Assembly: GCA_048937405.1 (NCBI GenBank)
Contig: JBHLNF010000002.1
Location: 160,001 to 224,000 of the forward strand
Reading direction: 5' to 3'
Length of the DNA stretch: 64,000 bases
DNA from: Promethearchaeota archaeon
GTDB lineage: Archaea; Asgardarchaeota; Lokiarchaeia; Sigyniarchaeales; SOKP01
In this document: piece by piece, positions 47,725 through 58,064 of the stretch
Layout of the letters: every line of letters starts with the position of its first letter
Position numbering within the stretch: position 1 is the stretch's first letter
Made by a program: the position numbers and the translations under genes
The notes under the pieces: model-generated
The model's input: the letters and a program-made list of their open reading frames with translations, nothing else
Told to the model about the DNA's origin: nothing
Databases searched by the model: none

Positions 47725-49557
47725 ATGAAGGATTTGGATTTACAACGAAAAAGTCTACCAAATGAACCAGGAGTTTATTTATTTTCTGATAAAAGAGGCT
47801 CAATTATTTATGTTGGAAAAGCTATAAATCTCAAGAAGAGAGTCAATCAATATTTCTTAAAATCAAGTTATTCAGATCCTTTTTATGAAGAAAAAATTAA
47901 AGAGTTAGTAAAACTGATACATTCTGTTGAATATATTATAACTGAAAATGAGAAAGAAGCTTTAATTTTAGAAAATATCCAAATTAAAAAACATCACCCT
48001 CGATTCAATGTAATCATGAGGGATTCTAAGACATATCCTTGGGTGGCATTTTTTTACTCTGAAGATTTTCCAAGGATTCGTGTGCTTAGAAATCCAGAAA
48101 AGTATTCTCAAGATAACATATTTTTAGGTCCCTATACAGATAAAAAAGAAATTATCAGAATACTAAGAGATTTAAGAAAAATCTTTCCATATTGTTCATG
48201 TAAAAAACCCCTCAAAAAAAAAAAAAGAGCTTGTTTGTATTATCAATTAAAACTTTGTCCAGGGCCATGTATTTCCGAAATTACTAAAGAAGAATATATT
48301 GATAATATTAAGAAAATCGAATTATTTCTAAGAGGAGAAACTGATGAGTTAAAAAATCAAATTACCGAAAAAATGCTTAAATCTTCTAAAAACCAGGATT
48401 TTGAGTCAGCAGCTTTTTGGAGAGATAAATTGGAGGATATAAATCATGCTACTGATCGACAGCATGTTATAATGAGTCATGAAGATAATAAGGATATTAT
48501 TGGTTTTTATAGTTCTCAAAATTACATGGCATTAGTTATTATTCATATTAGAGAAGGTAAGATTCTCAATAGAAGGTCATTTGCTTTTGATTTACGGGAG
48601 AAATTGATTAAAAAAACAGAGATAATAAATTCAATATTAGAACAATACTATCAAAATTTTAAATCAAAATTACCCGATATTATTGTTATTCCTGATACAA
48701 ATAATCAATATACATTCTTATCTGCATTTTTAAAGGATATTAAAGAAGATTTACAAATCAGAACACAAATAAACGAAAATGAAGTAAGTTTGCAGCGAAT
48801 AGCAAATAAAAATGCAAAGGTAATGGTTGAACAGCAAATACAAATGGAACAAATTAAAATGGATGATAAAGAATTTCGAGTGAAAGTACTTGAAGAAACA
48901 AAAGAAATTTTGGATTTACCTACAATACCAAGAATTATTGAAGGATTTGATATCTCAAATATAGAGGGTAAAGATGCCACAGGATCTATGGTTTACTTTC
49001 TTAAGGGAAAGCCTTATAATAAGTATTATCGACATTTTAAAATTCGTTCAAAATCTAGCCCTGATGATGTAGCGATGATGAAAGAAGTTATAAGAAGAAG
49101 GTACAATATGCTTTTAGAACGAAACCTAGAATTACCAGATTTAATATTAGTTGATGGTGGAAAAGGGCAGTTAAACGCAGGAATTTCAGTTCTAAAAGAA
49201 TTAGGGCTTAATATACCAATTATCGGATTAGCTAAAAAATTTGAAGAAATTTATTTAACATCAAGGAAAGATCCACTTGCTTTACCTAAAAACTCATCGG
49301 TTTTGAAATTATTTCAAAGAGTAAGAGATGAATCACATCGGTTTGCTGTTAGACTTCAGAAAAAACAAAGGAAAAAACGTGTTACAGGTTCAATACTAGA
49401 TGATATTGAGGGTGTTGGACCAATTACTAGAAATAAGTTATTGAAACATTTTGGAAGTGTAGATAAGATAAAAAAAGCTACTTTAGAAGAGATATCGCAA
49501 ATAATTGGTGAAAAATTAGCTAAAAAAATTAGTTTAGAATTAAAAAAAAAATTATAA
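47725..49557 (+). CDS. uvrC: Excinuclease ABC subunit C
   Basis: PGVYLF..IIYVGKA (GIY-YIG), Cys cluster, FE.AA..RD, IEGFDISN, DGGKGQL, RDESHRFA, HhH. Confidence 0.96.
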   Translation: MKDLDLQRKSLPNEPGVYLFSDKRGSIIYVGKAINLKKRVNQYFLKSSYSDPFYEEKIKELVKLIHSVEYIITENEKEALILENIQIKKHHPRFNVIMRDSKTYPWVAFFYSEDFPRIRVLRNPEKYSQDNIFLGPYTDKKEIIRILRDLRKIFPYCSCKKPLKKKKRACLYYQLKLCPGPCISEITKEEYIDNIKKIELFLRGETDELKNQITEKMLKSSKNQDFESAAFWRDKLEDINHATDRQHVIMSHEDNKDIIGFYSSQNYMALVIIHIREGKILNRRSFAFDLREKLIKKTEIINSILEQYYQNFKSKLPDIIVIPDTNNQYTFLSAFLKDIKEDLQIRTQINENEVSLQRIANKNAKVMVEQQIQMEQIKMDDKEFRVKVLEETKEILDLPTIPRIIEGFDISNIEGKDATGSMVYFLKGKPYNKYYRHFKIRSKSSPDDVAMMKEVIRRRYNMLLERNLELPDLILVDGGKGQLNAGISVLKELGLNIPIIGLAKKFEEIYLTSRKDPLALPKNSSVLKLFQRVRDESHRFAVRLQKKQRKKRVTGSILDDIEGVGPITRNKLLKHFGSVDKIKKATLEEISQIIGEKLAKKISLELKKKL

Positions 49558-50811
49558 ATATTCACTTTTTATTCTCGTAATTAGAGCAGACATGGTTATA
49601 ATTATCCCTAAAATTATAAATGTCATATTTAAGTTCCACATGACTAAAATCCCAACGAAAGGGTAAAGAATTGCCCTTATGAAACTTGCCATCATATTTA
49701 TAGTACTTATAACAGTTGCCCTATTCTCTGTTTCAATCTGTTTATTAACACCTTTAACAAATATTAGACTCCGAGTAAATCCAAATCCGATGACAATAAG
49801 AATTAAAGGAATACTTATTGGAATGAAATATATCACTGACATTAAAATAAATCCTAATCCTGGAATTATCGTATACACTTGTAAAAATCTTTTTTTATTA
49901 CTTATTTTGCCTTCTAAAGTTGAAACTATGTTGTTAAATAGTATTTGGATAATTGTCATTGAAGTACTCACGAATCCAAAGTAAATCAATTGAACTGTCA
50001 ATGCTTCTAGATAGATCTGATAAGTCCAAATCAAAAAAAATACTAACGATTCGGTAATTATCATTTCTAATGCTAACATCCTTAAAATTTTATTTTTTGT
50101 GAGTTCCGTAATTCCAGATTTTACAACAGATAAATAATTTTCCCGGTTATTCTTCTCTAAGTCATGATTTGGTTCTTTTAAAGTTAATGATATTAAAGTT
50201 GCTAAGATAAATGGTACGAATATAAGACTCATCACTACATTCAATGCATAATAAGTCCCAATAATGGAACCAATGGGCGCTGATATTCCAATACCAAACA
50301 AATTAAAACTCCTATTTCTCCCCATTACCTTTGAAACGTCATCTTCTCTTCCAAGTTTTTTTAATGTATCATAGATGAATGCTTGATCTGTACCGGATGT
50401 TAAAGCTGTTCCAAAAGCCCATAGAGTTTCTCCAATAGCAAAAATGAATATATTTGGGTAACTTCCGTAGATTAATGCTGCAAATGCTATTGATAAAGCA
50501 CCTAATAGCAAAGAAAACTTTCGACTTATGCAGTCCGCTATTGCTCCACATGGAATTTCAAATACCAATATCATAATAGTAAAGTAACTTTGCAAAATCA
50601 TTACCCCAACAAAGGTTAACTTTCCCCATGTTAAGAAGAATGGTAATAATATTCCTGAAATTAAATGAAAACCTTCTATAAAGTGAATTAAATATGATTT
50701 CCAGATATTTGATTTCCACTTACCTTTTGTAATTTGGTTTTTCTCTGTAGTTTCATAGATACTCTCAATTTCTACTATTTTTTGCTTTATTTTACTCTTT
50801 TTTAATGTCAT
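49552..50811 (-). CDS. MFS transporter
   Basis: EIP.GAIAD..SRK, SGTD.A.IYD, RAT..S; about 12 TM helices. Confidence 0.9.
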   Translation of the reverse strand: MTLKKSKIKQKIVEIESIYETTEKNQITKGKWKSNIWKSYLIHFIEGFHLISGILLPFFLTWGKLTFVGVMILQSYFTIMILVFEIPCGAIADCISRKFSLLLGALSIAFAALIYGSYPNIFIFAIGETLWAFGTALTSGTDQAFIYDTLKKLGREDDVSKVMGRNRSFNLFGIGISAPIGSIIGTYYALNVVMSLIFVPFILATLISLTLKEPNHDLEKNNRENYLSVVKSGITELTKNKILRMLALEMIITESLVFFLIWTYQIYLEALTVQLIYFGFVSTSMTIIQILFNNIVSTLEGKISNKKRFLQVYTIIPGLGFILMSVIYFIPISIPLILIVIGFGFTRSLIFVKGVNKQIETENRATVISTINMMASFIRAILYPFVGILVMWNLNMTFIILGIIITMSALITRIKSEYL

Positions 50812-50841
50812 TATTAACCACCTTTATTTTTATTCATCCTC

Positions 50842-51090
50842 TTAGAAGAAACTAAATTGTCTATAATATTCTCTCAGAACTTCTTTACGTCTCAAGAATT
50901 GCTCATATTCCTCATAATATCTTGGATTAAATTCTGCTCTTTTATATAGCTCTAGGAATCTGCGGTTTTTGTTTTTAAATTTGTAACCCTTATATTCAGG
51001 CAATTCCTCCTTCCTTATTTTTTGAGCTCTTTCTTGATCGTGAGCTTCTCTTTTTTCTAACAATTCCTTTAATTCTAACAATTTTTTCAC
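50842..51090 (-). CDS. Small charged hypothetical protein
   Basis: 82-aa ORF with an SD-like GAGGTG at the start. Confidence 0.5.
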   Translation of the reverse strand: MKKLLELKELLEKREAHDQERAQKIRKEELPEYKGYKFKNKNRRFLELYKRAEFNPRYYEEYEQFLRRKEVLREYYRQFSFF

Positions 51091-51584
51091 CTCTTTTTAT
51101 AATTTTTTTTATTTTTTTTTAAGACTCTTTATTGGAAAAAAACATATTTGATACTTCAAATTTGAAAATTTATTGGTTCAAAGTTATAAATACGCCTAAG
51201 AAATTACGAAAAATAGTGTTTAAATCTAAATTATAGATTTTTATGGAAATATAGTATAATATATTGAAAAATAAGTATCAAAGATTTGTTGATTTCTGCG
51301 AGGTCTAAGATAATGCAATAGGAATATATAATACAAATCCTTTATACATTAATGTCATGGTTTCTGATTTACAAATAGACGGATTATTGACTAAGGTATC
51401 TCCACAATTTAACCCAATCCATTTATCATCTTTAATTACCATGATATTATCAACAAATATGTTTAAAATGAATATAATATACTTAAATATTTAAATTTAA
51501 CGGAAGATCAAATCAAATTAAATAAAAAGTGGGAAATGAATGGGAATATCCATTAATTATTTTAACTAAAAAACCTAAATTACA

Positions 51585-53015
51585 TTACATTCTATTGATC
51601 ACTAGCTTCACAAGTTCTGCTGTTGCTTCACAATAAATTCTAACTAGAGATTTCCTTTTTGCTTCGCTTATAATTCTAATTACAGGCTCTGTAGTTGATG
51701 GATGAATGAGAACAAACCACTCCTTCCCTTGACCAAATCTAAGATCATTATTAATTTGTTCGACTTCTTCTCCTTCAGCTAGCAATTCTGCCTTTAGTTT
51801 TATGATAGTATTCTCTATATTTACATTTTTAATATCTACATTAATTCGATGTGAATAGTATACAGGTAATTTTGCTACTAGTTTAGAAACTTTTTCTTCT
51901 GTTTCAACTAAAATCTCTACTAGTTTTGCTGCTGCGAAAATACCATCTCTCGTATTATTGAAATTCGGGTACATAACACCTCCACATGAGCCTTCTCCAC
52001 CAAAAACTAATTTATTCTTGGAAGAACCTGAGATTAATCTATCCATTTCATGTATTAAAAATTTCTCTCCTATAGGGGTTCTGATGACTTGGGCACTATA
52101 TTTTTCCGCTATTGCATCAAATCTTAACGAAGACGCTAAATTTGTTACAAAATATATTTCTTGATTTGCTGATTCTTGGTTTTTTAAATAATATTCTGTA
52201 ATTAATGCTAAACCGATATCTTCTGGATACCAATCTCCATTTTCTCCTATAATAACTAATCTATCAGCAGCTGAATCATAAGCAAATCCAATATCATAGT
52301 TACCTTGCCAAACATCCATCATTATATCTGTGAGATTTTCTTTTATGGGATCAATTTCTCGTGGAAAGGTATTATTCACAAGTAATTCATTGTTGATGAG
52401 TTTTATATCACAACCTAAATCACCTAATACTTTTGGTATTACGAACTTAGCTGTTCCCGCACCAGTATCTGTAGCTACACGGAGATTATTATTTCTTTTT
52501 ACCTCTTCATAATCAATATAATGAAATAAATCTTGAAGATAGTTTGGAATTGGATTATATTTTTCTATCCTGTTTTTTAATTCAGGCAGGTCAATAGTAT
52601 AAGAACTTAAATCCACATTATTCACATGATTTGCAATAATCTCTAAATCCTTATTGTCTAAAAAAGTCTTTGTAGATAATAATTTCAAACCATTCCATTC
52701 TTGTGGATTATGAGATCCAGTAATGATGATTCCCCCTGGTATATTTAATTTATTTTTAGTATAGATAATTACTGGTTTTGGACATATTCCAAGATTTAAT
52801 ATTTTAAAACCCGTACGTACTAATCCTTCGATTAATGCCTGTTCAATATGCATGCTACTAGGTCTTGTATCTCTCCCTATGATAATTCTCTTTTTATTAT
52901 TCTTAAACCATAATCCATAAGCAATTGCTATTTTCTTAATAATTTTGAAATTACAATCTTTACTTACAATCCCTCTAATTCCACTCAATGTGACAATTAG
53001 ATTACTATCTTCCAT
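51585..53015 (-). CDS. Phosphohexomutase (PGM/PMM/GlmM family)
   Basis: SGIRG, GRDTR, TGSHNP, DSAADR (variant metal loop), GGEGS.GG, STTEP..R. Confidence 0.88.
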   Translation of the reverse strand: MEDSNLIVTLSGIRGIVSKDCNFKIIKKIAIAYGLWFKNNKKRIIIGRDTRPSSMHIEQALIEGLVRTGFKILNLGICPKPVIIYTKNKLNIPGGIIITGSHNPQEWNGLKLLSTKTFLDNKDLEIIANHVNNVDLSSYTIDLPELKNRIEKYNPIPNYLQDLFHYIDYEEVKRNNNLRVATDTGAGTAKFVIPKVLGDLGCDIKLINNELLVNNTFPREIDPIKENLTDIMMDVWQGNYDIGFAYDSAADRLVIIGENGDWYPEDIGLALITEYYLKNQESANQEIYFVTNLASSLRFDAIAEKYSAQVIRTPIGEKFLIHEMDRLISGSSKNKLVFGGEGSCGGVMYPNFNNTRDGIFAAAKLVEILVETEEKVSKLVAKLPVYYSHRINVDIKNVNIENTIIKLKAELLAEGEEVEQINNDLRFGQGKEWFVLIHPSTTEPVIRIISEAKRKSLVRIYCEATAELVKLVINRM

Positions 53016-53027
53016 CTTGATTCTTTT

Positions 53028-54032
53028 TTACGAGATTATTTTATTATTTTCAATTTTGTATTTAACGAGTGCTAAAGCACCCCTTAACCCAATTTCATCC
53101 ATATATTTTGTTACTTTTATCTTTGGCGGATGATTTGCAGTAAATTTTATAGGATCCCTCTCAAACTGCTTAATTATGTGAGGAATTATTTGTTCTTTAT
53201 CATTCATCATCGCACCCCCGAAATATATTGACTTACAATCATAATAATTATTTACTATTCCAACTCCAGTTATAGTATAGAAAACACAATCATTTACTAA
53301 CTTTATAGATAATTCATCCCCTTCTCTAGCAGCCTTAAAAACTTCTTTAGCTGTTATCGTTGAAATATCTTTTCCTAAAATAGCTATTAATATTGGTGAA
53401 TTATTTCTTTTTTCTTGCAATACCTCTAGAGCCCTATTTCTTATACCTGTTCCGGAACTATATGCTTCCCAACATCCAAATGCTCCACAATTACATTTAA
53501 CTTTACTTTTCGGCTCAACAATAGTATGCCCTATTTCTGCTGCATTACCTTCTTTTCCTAATAATAAATGTCCATTACAAATTACACCTCCTCCAACACC
53601 GCTTGACATACTTATATATACCAAATTGTCTTTCTCATCATCTTCAGCTTCAAAGTAATGTATACCTATAACGCTACCATTACAATCATTTATAAAATAT
53701 ATCGGAGTTTCAGGAAATTTTTTTTGAATCGGATCTTTTAGGGGAATTTCTCTAAATCCAAGATTGGGACTATTAAAAACCTCCCCTTTTTCTATGTTTA
53801 AAGGACCTGCTGTAGAAATCCCTATTCCCAAAATACGTTCTTTAATAATATTGTTTTCAGAGAGTAACTCAAATAAAATTTGACATACTGAATTACCAAT
53901 TGAATATTTATTTTCCTTTGATGTTGGTATCCTTTTTTTTTTAATATTTTTTTCATCTAAATCTACAGTACAAATAGCAACTCGAATCCAAGTCCCTCCA
54001 ATATCTACACCCGCGATGAATTTTTCATCCAT
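53028..54032 (-). CDS. ROK-family sugar kinase (glucokinase)
   Basis: GVDIGGT, IND.N, GVGGG, EIGH, C.CG..GCWE. ATG at 54032 is the likelier start. Confidence 0.9.
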   Translation of the reverse strand: MDEKFIAGVDIGGTWIRVAICTVDLDEKNIKKKRIPTSKENKYSIGNSVCQILFELLSENNIIKERILGIGISTAGPLNIEKGEVFNSPNLGFREIPLKDPIQKKFPETPIYFINDCNGSVIGIHYFEAEDDEKDNLVYISMSSGVGGGVICNGHLLLGKEGNAAEIGHTIVEPKSKVKCNCGAFGCWEAYSSGTGIRNRALEVLQEKRNNSPILIAILGKDISTITAKEVFKAAREGDELSIKLVNDCVFYTITGVGIVNNYYDCKSIYFGGAMMNDKEQIIPHIIKQFERDPIKFTANHPPKIKVTKYMDEIGLRGALALVKYKIENNKIIS

Positions 54033-54137
54033 TTTCCTCTCACATTCATAATTTCTGTTTTTTCCTAAAACTCTAAACAAAACATAGTGTTAGAATACAT
54101 CAACATATTTTTATAGAAATAAAAGTTTTTCTATGAT

Positions 54138-54938
54138 TTAATAAATTTTTATTTCAATATTATCATTATTGATTACCTCTTTAAAGATTTCTGCAATTTC
54201 CTTTTTTCTTTCATCGTCTATTGAGAAAACATAATATTCTGCCGGAATTCTTGCTGTTGAATAAATTTGAACAAGGTTAGGTTTTATTTTTTTTATTACT
54301 TGAGCTAGTTTAGAAATATTTTCTGAAGTATTATTCGATATAAAATCTTCTCTATACGAATTATAAATTAAGATTTGGAGTGCTAATTTGTTCCTTTCCG
54401 GCATTTCTTGCCTTAAATTTATTAAAGAATCTACAATTGTATTAAAGTTAGGAATTTCCAGGTGTGGACGATTTGTTCGAATAAAATTTTTTTGATCACC
54501 TACATCTAATTTCGCTAAAATTAATTCAAATTTTTTGACTCTTTCTCTTATTTCTCCAAAATGGAGAGTACTAGAATTTGTAAACAATGTAAATTTCGGA
54601 TCTTCTTTTGTCCAATTTAACTTACTTCTTACTTCTTTAGCAATATTTAGAAAATCTAATAAATGTTCATTTAGAGTCGGTTCACCATTATAACCAAATG
54701 TGATTGAGTCTAAATGTGGTACATATCTTAAAATAGAGAATAATTCTTTCCTGAAATTAGATGATGGTGGCAATTTTATCCGAAAATGAGGTGAAACGAG
54801 ATTTTGTTTTGCAGTTTTACCAATCTCGCAGTAAACACAATTAAAGGTACATAATTTATAATTAGTTAAAACATTCACTCCTAACGAGAGACCTAGACGT
54901 CTAGATTGAAATGGCCCATATACATATTCTCTTGGCAT
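54138..54938 (-). CDS. Radical SAM protein
   Basis: YGP..SRRLGLSLGVN, CTFNCVYC, GEPTL. Confidence 0.9.
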   Translation of the reverse strand: MPREYVYGPFQSRRLGLSLGVNVLTNYKLCTFNCVYCEIGKTAKQNLVSPHFRIKLPPSSNFRKELFSILRYVPHLDSITFGYNGEPTLNEHLLDFLNIAKEVRSKLNWTKEDPKFTLFTNSSTLHFGEIRERVKKFELILAKLDVGDQKNFIRTNRPHLEIPNFNTIVDSLINLRQEMPERNKLALQILIYNSYREDFISNNTSENISKLAQVIKKIKPNLVQIYSTARIPAEYYVFSIDDERKKEIAEIFKEVINNDNIEIKIY

Positions 54939-55712
54939 TTACTTATAATTGTTTAAATAATTATTAATAAAATTCTCTATTGAGTCATTTACCTCCTTAG
55001 GTTTTTCTTCAATGACACTATGAGCAGCTTTCTCAATTATATAAAATTGTGAATTAGTTATTTTTTCATGAAAAAACAGTGAATATTTTAAAGGAGTTGT
55101 CTTATCTTCTTTTCCACATATGATTAAGCAAGGGGTTTCAATTGTATCTGTTTTATGTAAGGTATCAAAAGCATCACAAATTTTAAAATCAATATAAGTT
55201 ACTTCAGGCTGTATCTGAGAAGCTTCCAGAATTGAGTCATCTATTATTTTTTTAGAAGTTTTTTTATAAAATGACCTTGCTCGTAAGTTATCCAAAAAGG
55301 TTTGGTAGTTAGGTTTTATAGAATTAAAGATAATAGGACTTACTCTCAATCTTGCTCCAGTAGCGCATAAAATTAAGGCATAAACATCTTCTGAATATTT
55401 GAAATAATAATCCTGAATAATTGCTCCTCCCATCGAGTGTCCCCCCAAAATTAATTTTTTAGGTTTTAATAAATCAACATAATTTTTAACAACATCAGTA
55501 TATAAATCTAAAGATAATTTGGGAAATTTACTTGATTTATTATGTGAAGGTAAATCAATTGCAACGATATTATAATCTATATTTAAATAAAACTGATTCT
55601 CCCACATATTTGAATTATTTGCAGCCCCATGAATAAGAATAAGCAAATTTTCTGAATCATTATCTTTAATCTGGTAAAAAATCTGTTTTTTAGAGTATTC
55701 AAAGTAAGGCAT
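54939..55712 (-). CDS. Alpha/beta hydrolase
   Basis: LIHGA, DLP.H, GHSMGG nucleophile, G.ED..TP, AAH. Confidence 0.9.
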   Translation of the reverse strand: MPYFEYSKKQIFYQIKDNDSENLLILIHGAANNSNMWENQFYLNIDYNIVAIDLPSHNKSSKFPKLSLDLYTDVVKNYVDLLKPKKLILGGHSMGGAIIQDYYFKYSEDVYALILCATGARLRVSPIIFNSIKPNYQTFLDNLRARSFYKKTSKKIIDDSILEASQIQPEVTYIDFKICDAFDTLHKTDTIETPCLIICGKEDKTTPLKYSLFFHEKITNSQFYIIEKAAHSVIEEKPKEVNDSIENFINNYLNNYK

Positions 55713-55831
55713 TTTTAGATATGATCATAAATTTTTAATTAATTAGATAAAAACTAAATTATAATTTAGTTTTATTATAATTTAAAAAGCAGAGTATTAG
55801 GAATTTTCCAAGATCCTTTAAAAGTTAGTAT

Positions 55832-58048
55832 TTATCTGTTGTAATCAATATCTCGATGTTGCATTTCTAAAAGACTCTTATATTTTCCATTTAAAGCAAT
55901 CAGCCGTTCATGATTTCCTTGTTCTATTATTCCTTTTTTATCAGTATCTAATACAATAATATGATCAGCATTTTTAATTGTCGAAAGACGATGTGCAATA
56001 ATTATGGTTGTACGGCCTTTACGTGCTTTATTTAATGCATCCTGTATTAAAGTTTCTGTATAAGGATCTACTGAAGATGTTGCCTCATCTAGTATTAAAA
56101 TTTTAGGATCAGTTATCAAAGCGCGCGCAAAAGCTATCAATTGTCTCTGACCAATTGAAATATTACTACCATTTTCTTTTAATCTAGTATCATATTTATT
56201 ATGTAAAGCTTCAATAAAATTATGAAGTCCTAAAAACTCTGATACTTTAATCATTCTTTTTTCAAGTTCTGGTGAAGGACTCTCATATCCATATAATATA
56301 TTTTCTCGAATAGTTCCTGTAAATAAAAATGCATCTTGTGGGACAATACCTATTAAATCTCTTAAATCTTTTTTTTTAACTTTTACTACTTCAATATCAT
56401 CTAAAAGAATCTTTCCTTCATTTATATCATAGAATCTAGCAATTAATTTAATTAATGTTGTTTTACCTGCTCCAGTTTCTCCAACAATTGCTAGTGTAAT
56501 CCCTTCTGGGATTTTTAAAGAAAGGTTTTTTAAAACGAAACCCTTTGAATCTAGGTGCTGAAGAAGTGTTTTTTGTTCATTAATGGCATCTTTTACAATT
56601 TTTGGTATTCTTTCATCTATCTCAGGAGGGATGGATATTTTGGCTAGTGTTTCTAGAACTGCCTGAGGAGAGTTTTCCTTACTTTTATTGTTAATCATTC
56701 CCTCTCCTTCTCCACCAAAACCCGTACTCTGCTGGAGTTTTGTTTTATTTCTTAATATATTTTCTAAGAATTTAATCTTGTCTAGAATATCTTCATCAGT
56801 TATATTAGTTTCAAATTCCTCATTTTCCTCAATTCTTTGTATCTTAGATTTATATCTCTCTTTTCCGTTATTATTAAGTATATATCCAAAACTCACATTA
56901 TCAAATTCAATAGCACCATTTATTTTGTTAAGCAAAATTGGATTTTTTGTATCAGGGATCTCAACATCTTCTTCTAATAATGAATAAATGCGATTGCTAG
57001 CGGCCATCGCTGCTTCAATAACATTTTGAATTTGCATTAGTGTCATAAATGGTCTAAAAAATTGACCTAGAATAGTGATAAATGCACTTAAAACTCCTAT
57101 CGAAACAGTAGTCCCTAAAACTGAAATATTTTCCGATGAAACAAAACCTCCCACTAATATAATAGTTGCAGTAATGATAGTTGTTGTAAGACTGATTAAA
57201 GGAAAAATGATTGCCATATAACTTCGGATTTTAAAAGAAATTTTATAATTTGCCGTATTTGCTTGATCAAATTCTATAACAGCACGTTCTTCTTGTCCAT
57301 ATGCTTTTACTACCCTTGCGCCCTCAATATTTTCCTGTATTGAAGAAGTAACCTTCCCAATTGTTTTTCTTTCTTCCTTAAATAGTGCGGAAGCAATTCT
57401 TCTAAAAAATCGAGTAATAATGAAAAATATTGGAAAAACTATCATACTAATTAACGCTAAAAAAGAATTGAGGAAGAACATAAAAATTATTGTTAATCCA
57501 ATCGAAACTATACTCCGAATAATTTGAACGAGTTGTCCTCCGACTAATTGATTGAGTAAGGTAACATCATTTGTCAAAGTAGATAGTATTTGTCCTGAGG
57601 ATCTTTTATCATAATAATTTAATGACATATCTTGTAGTTTAGAAAAAAGATCATTTCTAATTTGAAAAGTTACTTTTTGAGATATTTTGCCCATCCCATA
57701 CAAGGCAAAAAAATAAGTAATTGACATAATTATTATTAATATCAGGAAAATCCCGCACATTATAACCACATAATAAGAATTTTTTGCAACAATACCTTTA
57801 TCAATTATATTTGCAGAAAAAATAGGGTTTAAGGCGGAAATAATAGTTGCTACTAAGAGAAAAAACAAGAACAGAAAGAATTTTAATCTTTGAGGTTTTA
57901 AGTATGAAATCATCCATCGCCATAATTCTCTTCTTGGATGATCCAGTACTGCTTTATCCCCCTCTAACATAAAACGTTGACGAGTACTAGCACTTGGTTT
58001 GATAATATCTTCTTCCTTATTATCATCTTTATGTTTATCATTACTCAT
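55832..58048 (-). CDS. ABC exporter (TMD+NBD) with a ~115-aa insertion in the NBD
   Basis: TM domain, GETGAGKT, ISIGQRQL, ILDEATS, AHRLST; insertion between FDNVSFGY and FVLKNLSL. Confidence 0.92.
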   Translation of the reverse strand: MSNDKHKDDNKEEDIIKPSASTRQRFMLEGDKAVLDHPRRELWRWMISYLKPQRLKFFLFLFFLLVATIISALNPIFSANIIDKGIVAKNSYYVVIMCGIFLILIIIMSITYFFALYGMGKISQKVTFQIRNDLFSKLQDMSLNYYDKRSSGQILSTLTNDVTLLNQLVGGQLVQIIRSIVSIGLTIIFMFFLNSFLALISMIVFPIFFIITRFFRRIASALFKEERKTIGKVTSSIQENIEGARVVKAYGQEERAVIEFDQANTANYKISFKIRSYMAIIFPLISLTTTIITATIILVGGFVSSENISVLGTTVSIGVLSAFITILGQFFRPFMTLMQIQNVIEAAMAASNRIYSLLEEDVEIPDTKNPILLNKINGAIEFDNVSFGYILNNNGKERYKSKIQRIEENEEFETNITDEDILDKIKFLENILRNKTKLQQSTGFGGEGEGMINNKSKENSPQAVLETLAKISIPPEIDERIPKIVKDAINEQKTLLQHLDSKGFVLKNLSLKIPEGITLAIVGETGAGKTTLIKLIARFYDINEGKILLDDIEVVKVKKKDLRDLIGIVPQDAFLFTGTIRENILYGYESPSPELEKRMIKVSEFLGLHNFIEALHNKYDTRLKENGSNISIGQRQLIAFARALITDPKILILDEATSSVDPYTETLIQDALNKARKGRTTIIIAHRLSTIKNADHIIVLDTDKKGIIEQGNHERLIALNGKYKSLLEMQHRDIDYNR

Positions 58049-58064
58049 CTTTAAAAGTTCCTAC

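Noticed and set aside
51305-51442. 45-aa minus-strand ORF MVIKDDKWIGLNCGDTLVNNPSICKSETMTL..., resembling a decayed zinc ribbon
   Set aside because: Too short and the Cys pairs are incomplete; cannot be supported as a gene.
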